A DNA stretch of 64,000 nt from the NCBI GenBank assembly GCA_016187175.1, contig JACPKG010000022.1, positions 11,989 to 75,988 on the forward strand. The letters run 5' to 3'. Positions 26,779-35,876 of this stretch are shown piece after piece (the stretch's first letter is position 1; the number at the start of each line of letters is the position of its first letter). This DNA comes from Candidatus Saccharimonadota bacterium. Lineage in GTDB: Bacteria > Patescibacteriota > Saccharimonadia > Saccharimonadales > UBA10212. Made by a program: the position numbers and the translations under genes. The notes beneath the pieces are model-generated. The model searched no databases. It was not told the DNA's origin and was given only the letters and a program-made list of their open reading frames with translations.

Positions 26779-27036
26779 ATGAGTGAAATACCTAAACCAG
26801 TAGGTCAACCAGGTGAAGGTGATGTTGGCTATGTTCTTAGCCCACTTGACATTGCTCGGGAACAGAGCGGAAGCATAGCGATTGCTCTGGCTTCACCCAC
26901 GTTTCCCGAAGAGGCAAAGGAAATAATACGGCAGGATACTGCCGAGAAACGGGACCGTTTAGTAGAGGCAGGAGAACTCGAAGCCGCAGATTGGTATGAT
27001 GCTGTACTTCAAGACAGATGGCTAGAAAAAGTCTGA
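26779..27036 (+). CDS. hypothetical acidic protein (85 aa)
   Basis: ATG preceded by AAGGAG at 6-nt spacing; no motif recognised; upstream tandem AAAACACATAATA x2. Confidence 0.5.
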   Translation: MSEIPKPVGQPGEGDVGYVLSPLDIAREQSGSIAIALASPTFPEEAKEIIRQDTAEKRDRLVEAGELEAADWYDAVLQDRWLEKV

Positions 27037-27151
27037 AGGATACAATCCGTTAGAGGCTAAACCGTAGAATAGCTTAGTAGTAGCATCCTAGCTTCGGCAA
27101 CTATGCTGCACCAAATTAATGTTTTTTGCTTTTTTGTTTATTGTTCTCTGT

Positions 27152-27832
27152 TTAGATAACAACACGGCGGGGTCGGAGGATTTTATTAGACTTGCTGGCC
27201 GGCAAGCTTCGTTTGTTAAGTTTTTTCCTGACAGTTGCAGCCTCTTCGATCATTCCAAGCGAGGCATAAGATTCTGCTAGCAGTGTGTATGTTTCGGCGT
27301 TAGGCTCCAGTTCGGCAGCCTTTTCGAGATGTTGCAGCATCAATTTATCGTTGCCGAGTTTTTCTTGAACTTTAGCGTAGGCTATGTGACGGGCAGCTAA
27401 ATTATCTTCCAATTTAATGGCCTGCTCAAAAGCGGTAGCGGCCTTTTGGTAATTCTCGGTTTCGTAGTAAATAAGCCCGAGATTGTGCAGGCTGGAGGCG
27501 CTAGGTTCAATACTGCTGGCGATCTCAAAACAATCAATAGCATCGCGGTATTCACGCTGTTTGGCATACAAGATACCAAGTCGGTTATAAGCCGCGGCGT
27601 TCTTCTCGTCAATTTTGAGGATAGTTAAAAGCGCCTTTTCGGCCCGCAGGAAACGGTTTTCGCGCATGCCATGGTGGGCAATTTCCCATAGCTTGGCCAA
27701 TCGGTCACCAAAACGTCGGGGTACAACTGATACGTTCTGCGATAATCGATAACCATGCTTGTAGACCAAAAAGGCAAATACTAAAAGCACTATAATAGCG
27801 TACATCCTGCTAGAGCTCCGATTGACTGCCAA
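27152..27832 (-). CDS. tetratricopeptide-repeat protein with N-terminal membrane anchor
   Basis: Several TPR-like 34-aa units (A..Y..LG..Y....Y..A...F..A); N-terminal hydrophobic helix; start codon uncertain (TTG 27832 or ATG 27805). Confidence 0.72.
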   Translation of the reverse strand: MAVNRSSSRMYAIIVLLVFAFLVYKHGYRLSQNVSVVPRRFGDRLAKLWEIAHHGMRENRFLRAEKALLTILKIDEKNAAAYNRLGILYAKQREYRDAIDCFEIASSIEPSASSLHNLGLIYYETENYQKAATAFEQAIKLEDNLAARHIAYAKVQEKLGNDKLMLQHLEKAAELEPNAETYTLLAESYASLGMIEEAATVRKKLNKRSLPASKSNKILRPRRVVI

Positions 27833-27897
27833 CAGTAAATCGGCAGATTTTATCTTTGATAAAATACTTAGCTCTAACGGGATACATCAGCCACTTA

Positions 27898-28791
27898 TTA
27901 TACCAGGTTAAGACTTAGCTCTAATGTGATGAGTTTAGGTGAAACGTTGGCTTTAAGCGCTTTCTGGAGGTCGTAAACCAATTTACGGCTGATGAGTAGC
28001 TTGTTTTGTTGAGCGGTATTGCTATGTTTTTGGCTAAGAGAGTTACGATGAAGCGCAGCCATTAGACGCGCTAAAGCCTCCAGGAAGATCGATAGTTGGA
28101 CTTTGTCACGGCTGAGAACATCTGCCAGCAACAACTTCCCGTATGTATCATTACGTAAAAAGGCTTTGGCCTGGTCAATGGCTAGCTTTAGGGGATGATT
28201 ATTATCCTGCGCCAAAATAGCGGCCATTAAACCAACACTACCCTGGCTGAGGCGCCAAGCACTTGCAATCTGTTCTTTTTTATATTTTTGCTCAAAAAAA
28301 AGCAGGGATTGCTGTAGATTAACGGAATAAACCACCAGACTCTGCATTCTTGAAGTTATTGTCGGTAGAAGATCGCCTTCGGATTCGACGCTCAGGATAA
28401 AAAAAGTTCCAAGCGGTGGTTCTTCCAACATTTTCAGCATGGCGTTTTGGGCTGGCTCACTTAAGTTCTGGGCGTCTTCTATCAGCACAATCCTGCTCGT
28501 GTCTTTCGCGTCAGGAACCTTAAGTTTCAGAAGTCTTGTTATTTGACGAATGCTGTCGATCGGTATGTCTTGTTGACCTTCCGCTAGTTTGATATGGATA
28601 AAATAGGCATAGGTGATTAGCTTCTTAATGGAGTCTAGCCCTAGCAATTCGATAGCAATGGCCTGAGCAATAGTCAGTTTACCACTACCACTCGGTCCAA
28701 TTATTACTAGGCCGTGTGAGGGCCTATTGATAATACTTAGTAACTGTTTTTTCGTCCGATTATTTAGCAATAGCTCGTCAAATGTCTTCAT
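27898..28791 (-). CDS. holB: DNA polymerase III subunit delta' (clamp-loader AAA+)
   Basis: GPSGSGKLT P-loop-like motif, DEAQ-like IEDAQNL and SRMQ sensor motif. Confidence 0.78.
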   Translation of the reverse strand: MKTFDELLLNNRTKKQLLSIINRPSHGLVIIGPSGSGKLTIAQAIAIELLGLDSIKKLITYAYFIHIKLAEGQQDIPIDSIRQITRLLKLKVPDAKDTSRIVLIEDAQNLSEPAQNAMLKMLEEPPLGTFFILSVESEGDLLPTITSRMQSLVVYSVNLQQSLLFFEQKYKKEQIASAWRLSQGSVGLMAAILAQDNNHPLKLAIDQAKAFLRNDTYGKLLLADVLSRDKVQLSIFLEALARLMAALHRNSLSQKHSNTAQQNKLLISRKLVYDLQKALKANVSPKLITLELSLNLV

Positions 28792-29687
28792 GGTTGTGCT
28801 AACATCTTAAAATAATTAGGCTCAGGCGCTTCAAATAAATGTTTTCGGCCGTCAGTTAAAATCAACTCCAACGATTTGGCGTGCAAATATAGGTGCTTGT
28901 CCGCCTGAAATCTCGGAGAAATTTTGGCGGGTGAACCATGCTTCCCATAAACATGGTCACCGATTATTGGATGGCCAATGTATTTCATATGGACACGTAG
29001 CTGATGTGTCCGGCCTGTCAACGGTTGCAGTTCTAAAAGAGCACCTTGGCTGATTGTTGTTAGAATTTTGTATCGCGTTTTAGCCGGCCTGCCGCCAGCA
29101 CCGACGCGGAACGATTGCGGTCTTTTTGGATTACGTTCAATAGGCGCATCAATTATGGCTTCGGCAGGTTGTGGGACTCCTTCTACAATAGCCTCATATA
29201 TCTTTTTAACTTTGCGGGTCGAGAATTGTTTTTGCAGCCACTGCAGTACTGATTCTTTTTTCGCGGCAATAATAACACCACTTGTCGCTCGATCGAGGCG
29301 GTGTACAATACCGGCTCTATTTCCCTTCAAATTCTTATCTGTCAGCTTGGGTTTGATAAAGCTAGCAACCGTGGCTTCCGTATTTAATGTCCCTTTGCTA
29401 TGTGTTAAAATCCCGGCTGGCTTATCAATTACAATCACATTCCCGTCTTCGTAAAGTACCGGCAGATCAATTTTTACTGGTCGTGTCGTCAGTGGGCTAG
29501 TGTTGGCTTGTAGCCTATCATGACGCTTGAGTTTGTAACTGGCCTTAATAGGTTTAGCGTTAACCAGTACAAAGCCTTGACGAAATAACTCTCCGAGGCT
29601 TGAGCGTGTAAATTCGGGAAGCTTTTCAGCTATGTAAACATCCGCTCGTTGGCCGATGTCGCTGACAGCTACCTGGACATCCAACAT
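28788..29687 (-). CDS. rluD: RluA-family 23S rRNA pseudouridine synthase (RluD-like, S4 domain)
   Basis: Catalytic motif HRLDRATSGVII and an N-terminal S4-like domain. Confidence 0.9.
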   Translation of the reverse strand: MLDVQVAVSDIGQRADVYIAEKLPEFTRSSLGELFRQGFVLVNAKPIKASYKLKRHDRLQANTSPLTTRPVKIDLPVLYEDGNVIVIDKPAGILTHSKGTLNTEATVASFIKPKLTDKNLKGNRAGIVHRLDRATSGVIIAAKKESVLQWLQKQFSTRKVKKIYEAIVEGVPQPAEAIIDAPIERNPKRPQSFRVGAGGRPAKTRYKILTTISQGALLELQPLTGRTHQLRVHMKYIGHPIIGDHVYGKHGSPAKISPRFQADKHLYLHAKSLELILTDGRKHLFEAPEPNYFKMLAQP

Positions 29688-29693
29688 CGAAAT

Positions 29694-30728
29694 TTAGGCC
29701 GGACGAAGTCCTACCACCTTCTGGACATTTAAGAGAGTCGCGCTAGCTACCTGGCGCATGGCCTCCTCATCAACTGCCAGTTTTCGCATTAGTTTGTGGT
29801 CATCGATAGTTAATAGCTTGGTTTGTAAATCAGCTAAGAAGTTCTTAACCGCATCAGCGACTTCTTCTTTAAGTTGGCTGTAGCTTAACTTGCCTACAAA
29901 CCGCCCATTAATTTCTGTCTGAGGTTTATTAGATAGATGCGCCAGAATTTGTAATAGGTTAGATACACCTGGTTGTTTATCGAAGTCAAGGTTTATGACA
30001 CCAACTGAATCGGTAGTAGCACTAATTACCTTATTAGCTGCCTCGTCGGGATTGTCGCTTAACATAATAGTACCGGCCGGATCCCCAATACTTTTACTCA
30101 TCTTTCTATCGGGGTTACGTAAACTGCGGATCCGCACCGGCTGACTGCGACCGGCAAACGCCATTTGCTTTTTGTTATCCTCCGGCACCACAAAGATATC
30201 GCCAAATTTCCTATTCATCCGAATAGCAATGTCTCTAGCAAACTCTACATGCTGCCGCTGATCCTCGCCAACCGGCACCCATTTAGCCCCGTAAAGCAGG
30301 ATATCCGAAGCCATAAGGATAGGGTAATTAAAAAGTCCAAGCGTGATGTGGGCAGCTCCGACAGTCTGCGCTTTATCTTTAAACTCTGTCATTCGGCTCA
30401 TTTCACCAAAGCCCGTAAAGCAGCCCAGTATCCAAGCCATTTCGCTGTGGGCTGGAATGAAGCTTTGACGATAAATAAAGGTATCCGGCTGGTCTATTTC
30501 TAGCCCGGCAGCTACAAATATTTTTAGATTTTGGTGTGTCTGCTCGTACAACTTTCCGTGCTCGACTGGAGTGGTAAAACTGTGAAGATCCGGCACAAAC
30601 ATATTAAGCTGATATTTGCCGGCGTGCTTTTTTTGTAGGTTCACCATAGGCGAGATCGCGCCCAAATAATTTCCTAGATGAAACTCGCTATTAGATCTAA
30701 GACCCGTCAAAATGACTTCTTTGTCCAT
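29694..30728 (-). CDS. trpS: tryptophan--tRNA ligase
   Basis: Class I motifs (HLGNYLG, KMSKS) and TrpRS-like sequence throughout. Confidence 0.95.
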   Translation of the reverse strand: MDKEVILTGLRSNSEFHLGNYLGAISPMVNLQKKHAGKYQLNMFVPDLHSFTTPVEHGKLYEQTHQNLKIFVAAGLEIDQPDTFIYRQSFIPAHSEMAWILGCFTGFGEMSRMTEFKDKAQTVGAAHITLGLFNYPILMASDILLYGAKWVPVGEDQRQHVEFARDIAIRMNRKFGDIFVVPEDNKKQMAFAGRSQPVRIRSLRNPDRKMSKSIGDPAGTIMLSDNPDEAANKVISATTDSVGVINLDFDKQPGVSNLLQILAHLSNKPQTEINGRFVGKLSYSQLKEEVADAVKNFLADLQTKLLTIDDHKLMRKLAVDEEAMRQVASATLLNVQKVVGLRPA

Positions 30729-30736
30729 TCAGTGGT

Positions 30737-30742
30737 ATTATA
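30737..30742 (-). promoter_or_regulatory. -10 box TATAAT, 8 nt before the ATG of trpS (leaderless-type)
   Basis: Minus sense reads TATAATaccactgaATG. Confidence 0.5.
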
Positions 30743-30744
30743 GC

Positions 30745-30972
30745 CTATTCTTCTGTTGATAAGCCACGCTCTACGGTAGAATTTAGGCCTAGACGACCTA
30801 TGCTCAAATCCTCGACTATTCTTGAAGGCGAACGCCGATCTTGAGGGTCAATTTCTACACTCCAGGCAGCTAAAACCTCCAGTGCAGTTGATGCATCACG
30901 TCTCGCTAGCATCCCCTCTCGTATAGCTGTACTTTCTTCTGGGGTTATGCCTAAATTTTCTGGCCCTGGCAT
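30745..30972 (-). CDS. hypothetical protein (75 aa)
   Basis: ATG preceded by AAGGAGAA at 6-nt spacing; no motif recognised. Confidence 0.5.
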   Translation of the reverse strand: MPGPENLGITPEESTAIREGMLARRDASTALEVLAAWSVEIDPQDRRSPSRIVEDLSIGRLGLNSTVERGLSTEE

Positions 30973-30998
30973 TGTTGATTCTCCTTGTCCTTAAATTT

Positions 30999-31024
30999 AA
31001 GAAACCGCCTTTTGGCGGTTTCTT
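30999..31024. terminator. perfect 11-bp hairpin AAGAAACCGCC-TTTT-GGCGGTTTCTT
   Basis: Located between rpsI and orf75; it is palindromic and so could act on either strand; the U-tract is partly inside the stem. Confidence 0.45.
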
Positions 31025-31166
31025 AAATATTCTCGAATTTTGATTTACGAACGCACAGAACAAACCGCCAAGCTGCTTGGTGTAAACCAATAGGCAAAAA
31101 CGGTCTGAAATTTACTCATTGAGAGAAGACTATATAGTTGGCTTGAAGTCTTGTCAATATTTTTGT

Positions 31167-31202
31167 GAGGTCCGACCTTTGCTTTTTCCTAGGTCGAACC
31201 TC
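31167..31202 (+). repeat. GAGGTCCGACC palindromic element, short (core-deleted) copy C
   Basis: GAGGTCCGACCTttgctttttcctAGGTCGAACCTC; lies 13 nt 3' of the rpsI stop. Confidence 0.65.
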
Positions 31203-31214
31203 AGGATAAAAAGG

Positions 31215-31613
31215 TTAGCGTTTGGTGAATTGGCGTTTCTTGCGGGCACTGCGAAGGCCGAATTTCTTGCGCTCCTTTTCACGAGGATCTCGCCCCAATA
31301 GTTCTGCCCGTTTCAGAGTACCCCGATAGTCCTCATTTAGTTCTACTAGAGCTTTAGCCACGCCAAGACGAATGGCGTCAACCTGGCTGGCGTGGCCGCC
31401 ACCAACAACCCGGACGCTAACATTATATATATCCGGATCTAATTCTAATGTTGTGAACGGTTTAATCAGCTCATGATGCAAGTATTTGCTACCAGCAAAA
31501 TACTCAGCCGCTGGTTTATCATTGATGATAAATGTACCCTTGCCACTAGACAAACGCACACGAGCTGTGGCGCTTTTGCGGCGACCGAGAGCATAAAAAT
31601 AATGATCAGCCAT
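31215..31613 (-). CDS. rpsI: 30S ribosomal protein uS9
   Basis: Canonical uS9 sequence ending KKRQFTKR. Confidence 0.95.
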   Translation of the reverse strand: MADHYFYALGRRKSATARVRLSSGKGTFIINDKPAAEYFAGSKYLHHELIKPFTTLELDPDIYNVSVRVVGGGHASQVDAIRLGVAKALVELNEDYRGTLKRAELLGRDPREKERKKFGLRSARKKRQFTKR

Positions 31614-32050
31614 TATTTACTACCCTTTCGTGAGATCGTAAAGTCAACTGGATTCTGAGCCGTATGGCTGTGCTGGGCACCGCTGTAGATCTTTAGCCGG
31701 GCCAAACGGCCTTGGCGTAGTTTATTGTCTGGCAGCATACCACGAATAGCATGTTCAATCACAGATACCATATTCATCTCACCAAGTGTTCGTTTATACA
31801 GCCCACCAGGAAAGCCGCTATGGCGATAGTAGATCTTTTTAGCCACCTTATTGCCGGTAGTAATTAAAGAGCTGGCATTGATAACAATTACGTAATCACC
31901 GACGTCAATATGGCGTGTGAAGCTGGGCTTATCTTTGCCTATGAGTAAACGGGCAGCAACGGTCGAGAGCCGTCCCAGCGGCGCCTTAGAAGCATCTAGA
32001 ACATGCCAGCTGCGGTTTACATTATTTGGTTTAGCACTGTATGTTTTCAT
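31613..32050 (-). CDS. rplM: 50S ribosomal protein uL13
   Basis: Canonical uL13 sequence; 1-nt overlap with rpsI. Confidence 0.95.
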   Translation of the reverse strand: MKTYSAKPNNVNRSWHVLDASKAPLGRLSTVAARLLIGKDKPSFTRHIDVGDYVIVINASSLITTGNKVAKKIYYRHSGFPGGLYKRTLGEMNMVSVIEHAIRGMLPDNKLRQGRLARLKIYSGAQHSHTAQNPVDFTISRKGSK

Positions 32051-32595
32051 TAACGGTTTCCTCTTCTGCCAGTGCGGCGGGCAGCTTGGGTGATAGCAGT
32101 CTTAATACTAATCTTTTGCTTATCTTCACGGAGCATTTTAGCGGGTTTTTCTGTAGTCTCTGGTTCTTTGGTATCAACTTGGGTTTCTTTAGTCTTCTTA
32201 GCTGCCTTAAGCTCTGTTTTGGCTGTTTTCTTGGCCAAATCATCGACAAAGCTGACCTTAGCCATCTGGGCGTTGTCGCCACGACGAGCAGTGGTTCGCA
32301 CAACCCGGAAATAGCCGCTGTTTCTGCCGGAGAGCTTAGGCGTTAGTTCATTTACCAGCTTATGGGCAGCTTCTAGCGTCGCAAGAGCAGATATTACTTG
32401 GCGGCGGTTATGTAAATCACCGACTTTAGCCTTGGTAATTAGTCTTTCGGTATAGCTAGCCACGGCTTTAGCTTTGGGTAGCGTAGTCTCTATAGACTCA
32501 CGCAAAATCAGTGAATCGGCCAAGGATTTGAGCAACGCCCGGCGCTGGTCGCGCTGTTTGCCAAATTTAGTCCCTTTGTAGCCGTGGCGGTGCAT
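32050..32595 (-). CDS. rplQ: 50S ribosomal protein bL17 with ~60-aa K/E/T-rich C-terminal extension
   Basis: Canonical bL17 N-terminal 120 aa followed by a low-complexity tail. Confidence 0.93.
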   Translation of the reverse strand: MHRHGYKGTKFGKQRDQRRALLKSLADSLILRESIETTLPKAKAVASYTERLITKAKVGDLHNRRQVISALATLEAAHKLVNELTPKLSGRNSGYFRVVRTTARRGDNAQMAKVSFVDDLAKKTAKTELKAAKKTKETQVDTKEPETTEKPAKMLREDKQKISIKTAITQAARRTGRRGNR

Positions 32596-32605
32596 GATTT
32601 ATCCC

Positions 32606-33553
32606 CTATAGCTCCAGTTCGGCCATTTTTTCTTTAACTTCGTCAAGCGCCTTGTTGCCAAAGCCTTTTAGATCGCGCAGCTCGGCCTCGCTGAGGCTGA
32701 GTAAATCTTTAATGGTATGAATATCGTTATTAACTAGCGCATTAGTGGTACGTGCGCTAAGGTTCAAGTCTTCTATCGAGGTCATTAGCTCAGCTGGCTC
32801 CTCAACCTCATCTGTTGAGCTCAAATGACTGTCATCTCCGCCAGGTGGCGTTCCTACATCCACCTTGGTCTGACCCGCCAGGGCCGTGTATTGATTAACC
32901 AAAATTGCTGCTGCCTCTTCAAAAGCCTCCCGAGGGGTAATCGAACCGTCGGTTTCGACAGTAATAAGCAGCCTATCTAGGTCGGTCATTTGTCCAACTC
33001 GAGTGTTTTCCACCTTATAGCGAACTCGCAAAACAGGTGTGAATAGGGCGTCCAGCATTATCATGTCGCTGACTTTTTTACCTATACCTTGTTCGTCAAG
33101 TGCACGATAACCACGACCTGTCTCAACCAGTAGTTCTAGTTCGATTGAGCCTTTAGGGTCATCAATTGTGGCTATCACTTGGCCAGGGTTAACGATCTCT
33201 ACGTCGGCATTTAACTTTAAATCTTTAGCCTTGACTACGCCTTTGCCTTTTTTACTAAGACTTAAGGTTTGCGGTTCATCTGCATAGACCTTGAATCGAA
33301 TATTTTTGAGATTTAACATGATTGCCACAACATCCTCTTTGACTCCGGGAATAGTTGTAAATTCATGACTTACACCAGTCATCCTAAAGCCCGTAATAGC
33401 GGCTCCAGCGATACTAGAAAGCAAAACACGCCTGAGGCTATTGCCTAATGTCATGCCATAGCCGGTATGAAGAGGTTCTATGACAAAAGTAGCACTAGTG
33501 TCGCTATGATCCGTTACGCTGGCTAAAGCGGGTGTGTGGATTAACTTACTCAT
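32606..33553 (-). CDS. rpoA: DNA-directed RNA polymerase subunit alpha
   Basis: NTD and CTD (helix-hairpin-helix LNLSARTTNAL) recognisable. Confidence 0.95.
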   Translation of the reverse strand: MSKLIHTPALASVTDHSDTSATFVIEPLHTGYGMTLGNSLRRVLLSSIAGAAITGFRMTGVSHEFTTIPGVKEDVVAIMLNLKNIRFKVYADEPQTLSLSKKGKGVVKAKDLKLNADVEIVNPGQVIATIDDPKGSIELELLVETGRGYRALDEQGIGKKVSDMIMLDALFTPVLRVRYKVENTRVGQMTDLDRLLITVETDGSITPREAFEEAAAILVNQYTALAGQTKVDVGTPPGGDDSHLSSTDEVEEPAELMTSIEDLNLSARTTNALVNNDIHTIKDLLSLSEAELRDLKGFGNKALDEVKEKMAELEL

Positions 33554-33575
33554 ATTTACCTTTCTCGTCGCATCC

Positions 33576-34190
33576 TTAGCGTGAGTAATACTCGACGATT
33601 AGCTGTTCTTTTATATCTGGTTCTGCGTCATCACGCGTCGGCAGCCCCTTGACTTTAACTTCAAATTTTCGACGATTAACACTCAGCCAGGCAGGAATGG
33701 CAGCCGGTGCTGGGCTTAGTGTGTCTATTTGTTTAAAATACTCGGTAGTTTTACCGTGATCACGAAGGATTATTACATCCCCAACGGCAACTCTTATAGA
33801 AGGTACGTCCGTACGGCGACCATTAAGCATGAAGTGTCCGTGAGTCACCAATTGTCTGGCAGCCCGTCGCGAGACGGCAAAACCAGCTCTGTATATGACG
33901 TTGTCAAGTCGTCGCTCCAAAAATTGCAGGAGAGTACTTCCGGATTGGCCACGGGTTCTGGCGGCATCGCTCATCAACTTGGAAAACTGTCTTTCTAGCA
34001 AACCGTAAAGCCGCTTAACTTTCTGTTTTTCACGCAACTGAAGGGAGTATTGACTTGCCTTAGACCGCCTACCGCCGGTTTGTTGGCCGGGTCGCCCCGA
34101 GCGTTTTACCAGCGCTTTATGGGCTTTGGGGTGCAGAGCATATTCTTCTCTTCGCGACCGCTTAACAATTGACTCTAAATCCCTAGCCAT
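33576..34190 (-). CDS. rpsD: 30S ribosomal protein uS4
   Basis: Canonical uS4. The start was trimmed to MARDLESIV (34190), which has GGAGG 6 nt upstream. Confidence 0.93.
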   Translation of the reverse strand: MARDLESIVKRSRREEYALHPKAHKALVKRSGRPGQQTGGRRSKASQYSLQLREKQKVKRLYGLLERQFSKLMSDAARTRGQSGSTLLQFLERRLDNVIYRAGFAVSRRAARQLVTHGHFMLNGRRTDVPSIRVAVGDVIILRDHGKTTEYFKQIDTLSPAPAAIPAWLSVNRRKFEVKVKGLPTRDDAEPDIKEQLIVEYYSR

Positions 34191-34289
34191 AAACAGCCTC
34201 CAGCTGTAGAATTGGGAATTGTGAAACACGAAATACGAATTCTTGTTTCATGTTTCTTGTTTCATGTTTCATGAAAATGTTACACACTT

Positions 34290-34748
34290 TTAGTTCCTTT
34301 TCGCCTTTCGAGGTCGGGTGCCTCCGTGCGGAACACCAGTTACGTCCTTAATACTGTCAACTTCAATCCGCTGGGCCACTAGTGTTCTAATGGCTGCTTC
34401 TCGTCCTAGGCCGACTCCTTGAACAAAGACATCGACCCTACTGACTCCGAATGTTTTAGCCGCTGCCAAAGCCTTTTCGGCAGCGACCTGCGCGGCATAG
34501 GCTGTACCTTTTTTAGATCCGCGAAATCCAATACTACCAGCGCTGGATGATGCGAGAGTGTTACCTTTATCGTCTGTCACGGTAATGATCGTGTTATTAA
34601 AGGTCGCCAAAACATGCACCTGGGCGCGGCTAACACTGCGACGGACTTTTTTTCGCTTGGTAGCTTTAGGCTTTATCTCGGTTATGGAGGCTTGTTCGTC
34701 AGTCGCAGTTGGTATCACCTCATTCTTCATTCTGCCAATGCCTTGCAT
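34290..34748 (-). CDS. rpsK: 30S ribosomal protein uS11 (N-terminally extended)
   Basis: Canonical uS11 core from VHVLATFNNT onward. Confidence 0.93.
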   Translation of the reverse strand: MQGIGRMKNEVIPTATDEQASITEIKPKATKRKKVRRSVSRAQVHVLATFNNTIITVTDDKGNTLASSSAGSIGFRGSKKGTAYAAQVAAEKALAAAKTFGVSRVDVFVQGVGLGREAAIRTLVAQRIEVDSIKDVTGVPHGGTRPRKAKRN

Positions 34749-34749
34749 T

Positions 34750-35136
34750 TTATGTTTTGGCCGCTACTTTCTTAGCTGTTCCGCCAACAGTTACCTTTTT
34801 GCCTCGTTTGGTGCGGGCGTTAGTACGGGTTCGCTGACCTCTAACTGGTAAGTTCGCTTTATGGCGTAGCCCACGGTAAGCATTGATATCCTTGAGACGT
34901 TTAATATTACTGGTCACTATACGTTGCAGTTCGCCTTCGGTTGTAAAATCACTGGTAATAGTTTCTTGGAGACGCGAAAGTTCAGCATCTGTTAGATCCT
35001 TGACTCTTAGGGTCGGCTCAATTTTAATCGCCGTCAAAATCTTAGAACTAGTACTCGGCCCAATCCCGTAGATATAAGTCAGGGCTACACGCACCTGTTT
35101 ATTATCCGGAATGTTAACTCCAGCAATCCTAGCCAC
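34750..35136 (-). CDS. rpsM: 30S ribosomal protein uS13
   Basis: Canonical uS13 (MARIAGVNIP); GTG start with SD AAGGAGG. Confidence 0.95.
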   Translation of the reverse strand: MARIAGVNIPDNKQVRVALTYIYGIGPSTSSKILTAIKIEPTLRVKDLTDAELSRLQETITSDFTTEGELQRIVTSNIKRLKDINAYRGLRHKANLPVRGQRTRTNARTKRGKKVTVGGTAKKVAAKT

Positions 35137-35288
35137 TAAACGCCTCCTTGTGTCGGCTCTGTTAACAGTTGCCTATTGCCGATTAGCTGTGAGTTATCTG
35201 TTACCAGTGACCAATTGATAAATGGAAAATGGTAATTTATAGGAAACGGTAAATTGATAACTGAGAATTGGAGCAATTTCATTGCGAC
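35137..35288 (-). repeat. ~150-nt intergenic element Y (rpmJ-rpsM spacer), homologous to 21389..21535
   Basis: Shares blocks TTATCAATTTAC, CAATTGGTCACTG and GGCAACTGTT with element X. The stop-proximal hairpin GCAAT-GAA-ATTGC shows compensatory changes relative to X. Confidence 0.7.
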
Positions 35289-35405
35289 TTAGCCCTGCCT
35301 TTGCTTATGCCTTGGCCTATTTTTATTGATGATATAAACACGGCCTTTACGGCGCACTACTTTATCATCCGGACTAATTTTTTTGACGCTAGCACGCACT
35401 TTCAT
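35289..35405 (-). CDS. rpmJ: 50S ribosomal protein bL36, Cys-less (C-minus) form, 38 aa (not in the ORF track)
   Basis: Hand translation gives [38 protein letters not shown], a clear bL36. The zinc-ligand Cys positions are replaced by S, D and N. Confidence 0.9.
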   Translation of the reverse strand: MKVRASVKKISPDDKVVRRKGRVYIINKNRPRHKQRQG

Positions 35406-35513
35406 CCCGTTAGAACCTCACCCTTAGCTTGCGATTATCTTCAAACGCTGGCTGCCCAAAACGACTCCAACGCAAAATTAACTTTAGAGTTGCAGGCTGA
35501 GGTCTAACGGGAT
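35404..35513 (-). promoter_or_regulatory. long-range inverted repeat in the infA-rpmJ spacer that can sequester the rpmJ start codon
   Basis: In mRNA sense, AUCCCGUUAGACCUCA (35513..35498) is complementary to UGAGGUUCUAACGGGAU (35420..35404). The second arm includes the first bases of the rpmJ AUG. Confidence 0.4.
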
Positions 35514-35602
35514 TCATCCCAAAGCTCATTCTGATAACATTTGCACGCATTACCATGCGGATCATCACTCCTTTAGCGTGGTGACACACTGCTTCATTAA
35601 TT

Positions 35603-35824
35603 CTAATTTTCGCGGTAGGTTATCCGACCCTTCGTCAGATCGTAAGGTGTCAATTCAACCTTGACGCGGTCGCCAGGTACCAAGCGGATGTAGTGCTTCC
35701 GCATACGTCCAGCGACATGAGCTATAATTACATGGCCGTTTTCCAGTTCGACTCGAAACTGTGTCCCTGGCAGAGCCTCAACGATAGTGCCGACTAGCTC
35801 GATTACCTCTTTTTCACGGGCCAT
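35603..35824 (-). CDS. infA: translation initiation factor IF-1
   Basis: Canonical S1-like IF-1 sequence (73 aa). Confidence 0.95.
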   Translation of the reverse strand: MAREKEVIELVGTIVEALPGTQFRVELENGHVIIAHVAGRMRKHYIRLVPGDRVKVELTPYDLTKGRITYREN

Positions 35825-35876
35825 AAATATAACCTGGACATCTTAACAAATTTATCATCTGTTGTAAAGCGTTGAT

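Noticed and set aside
27105-27118. Third att-like match (GCTGCACCAAATTA) to the tRNA-Tyr 3' end repeat
   Set aside because: Only about 9-10 nt are shared, which is too short to exclude chance. It is mentioned only as a hint in the islet finding.
35410-35517. 35-codon uORF upstream of rpmJ as an annotated CDS
   Set aside because: It has no SD and an Arg/Pro/Leu-rich sequence that could be fortuitous. I kept it as part of a regulatory hypothesis rather than as a gene.
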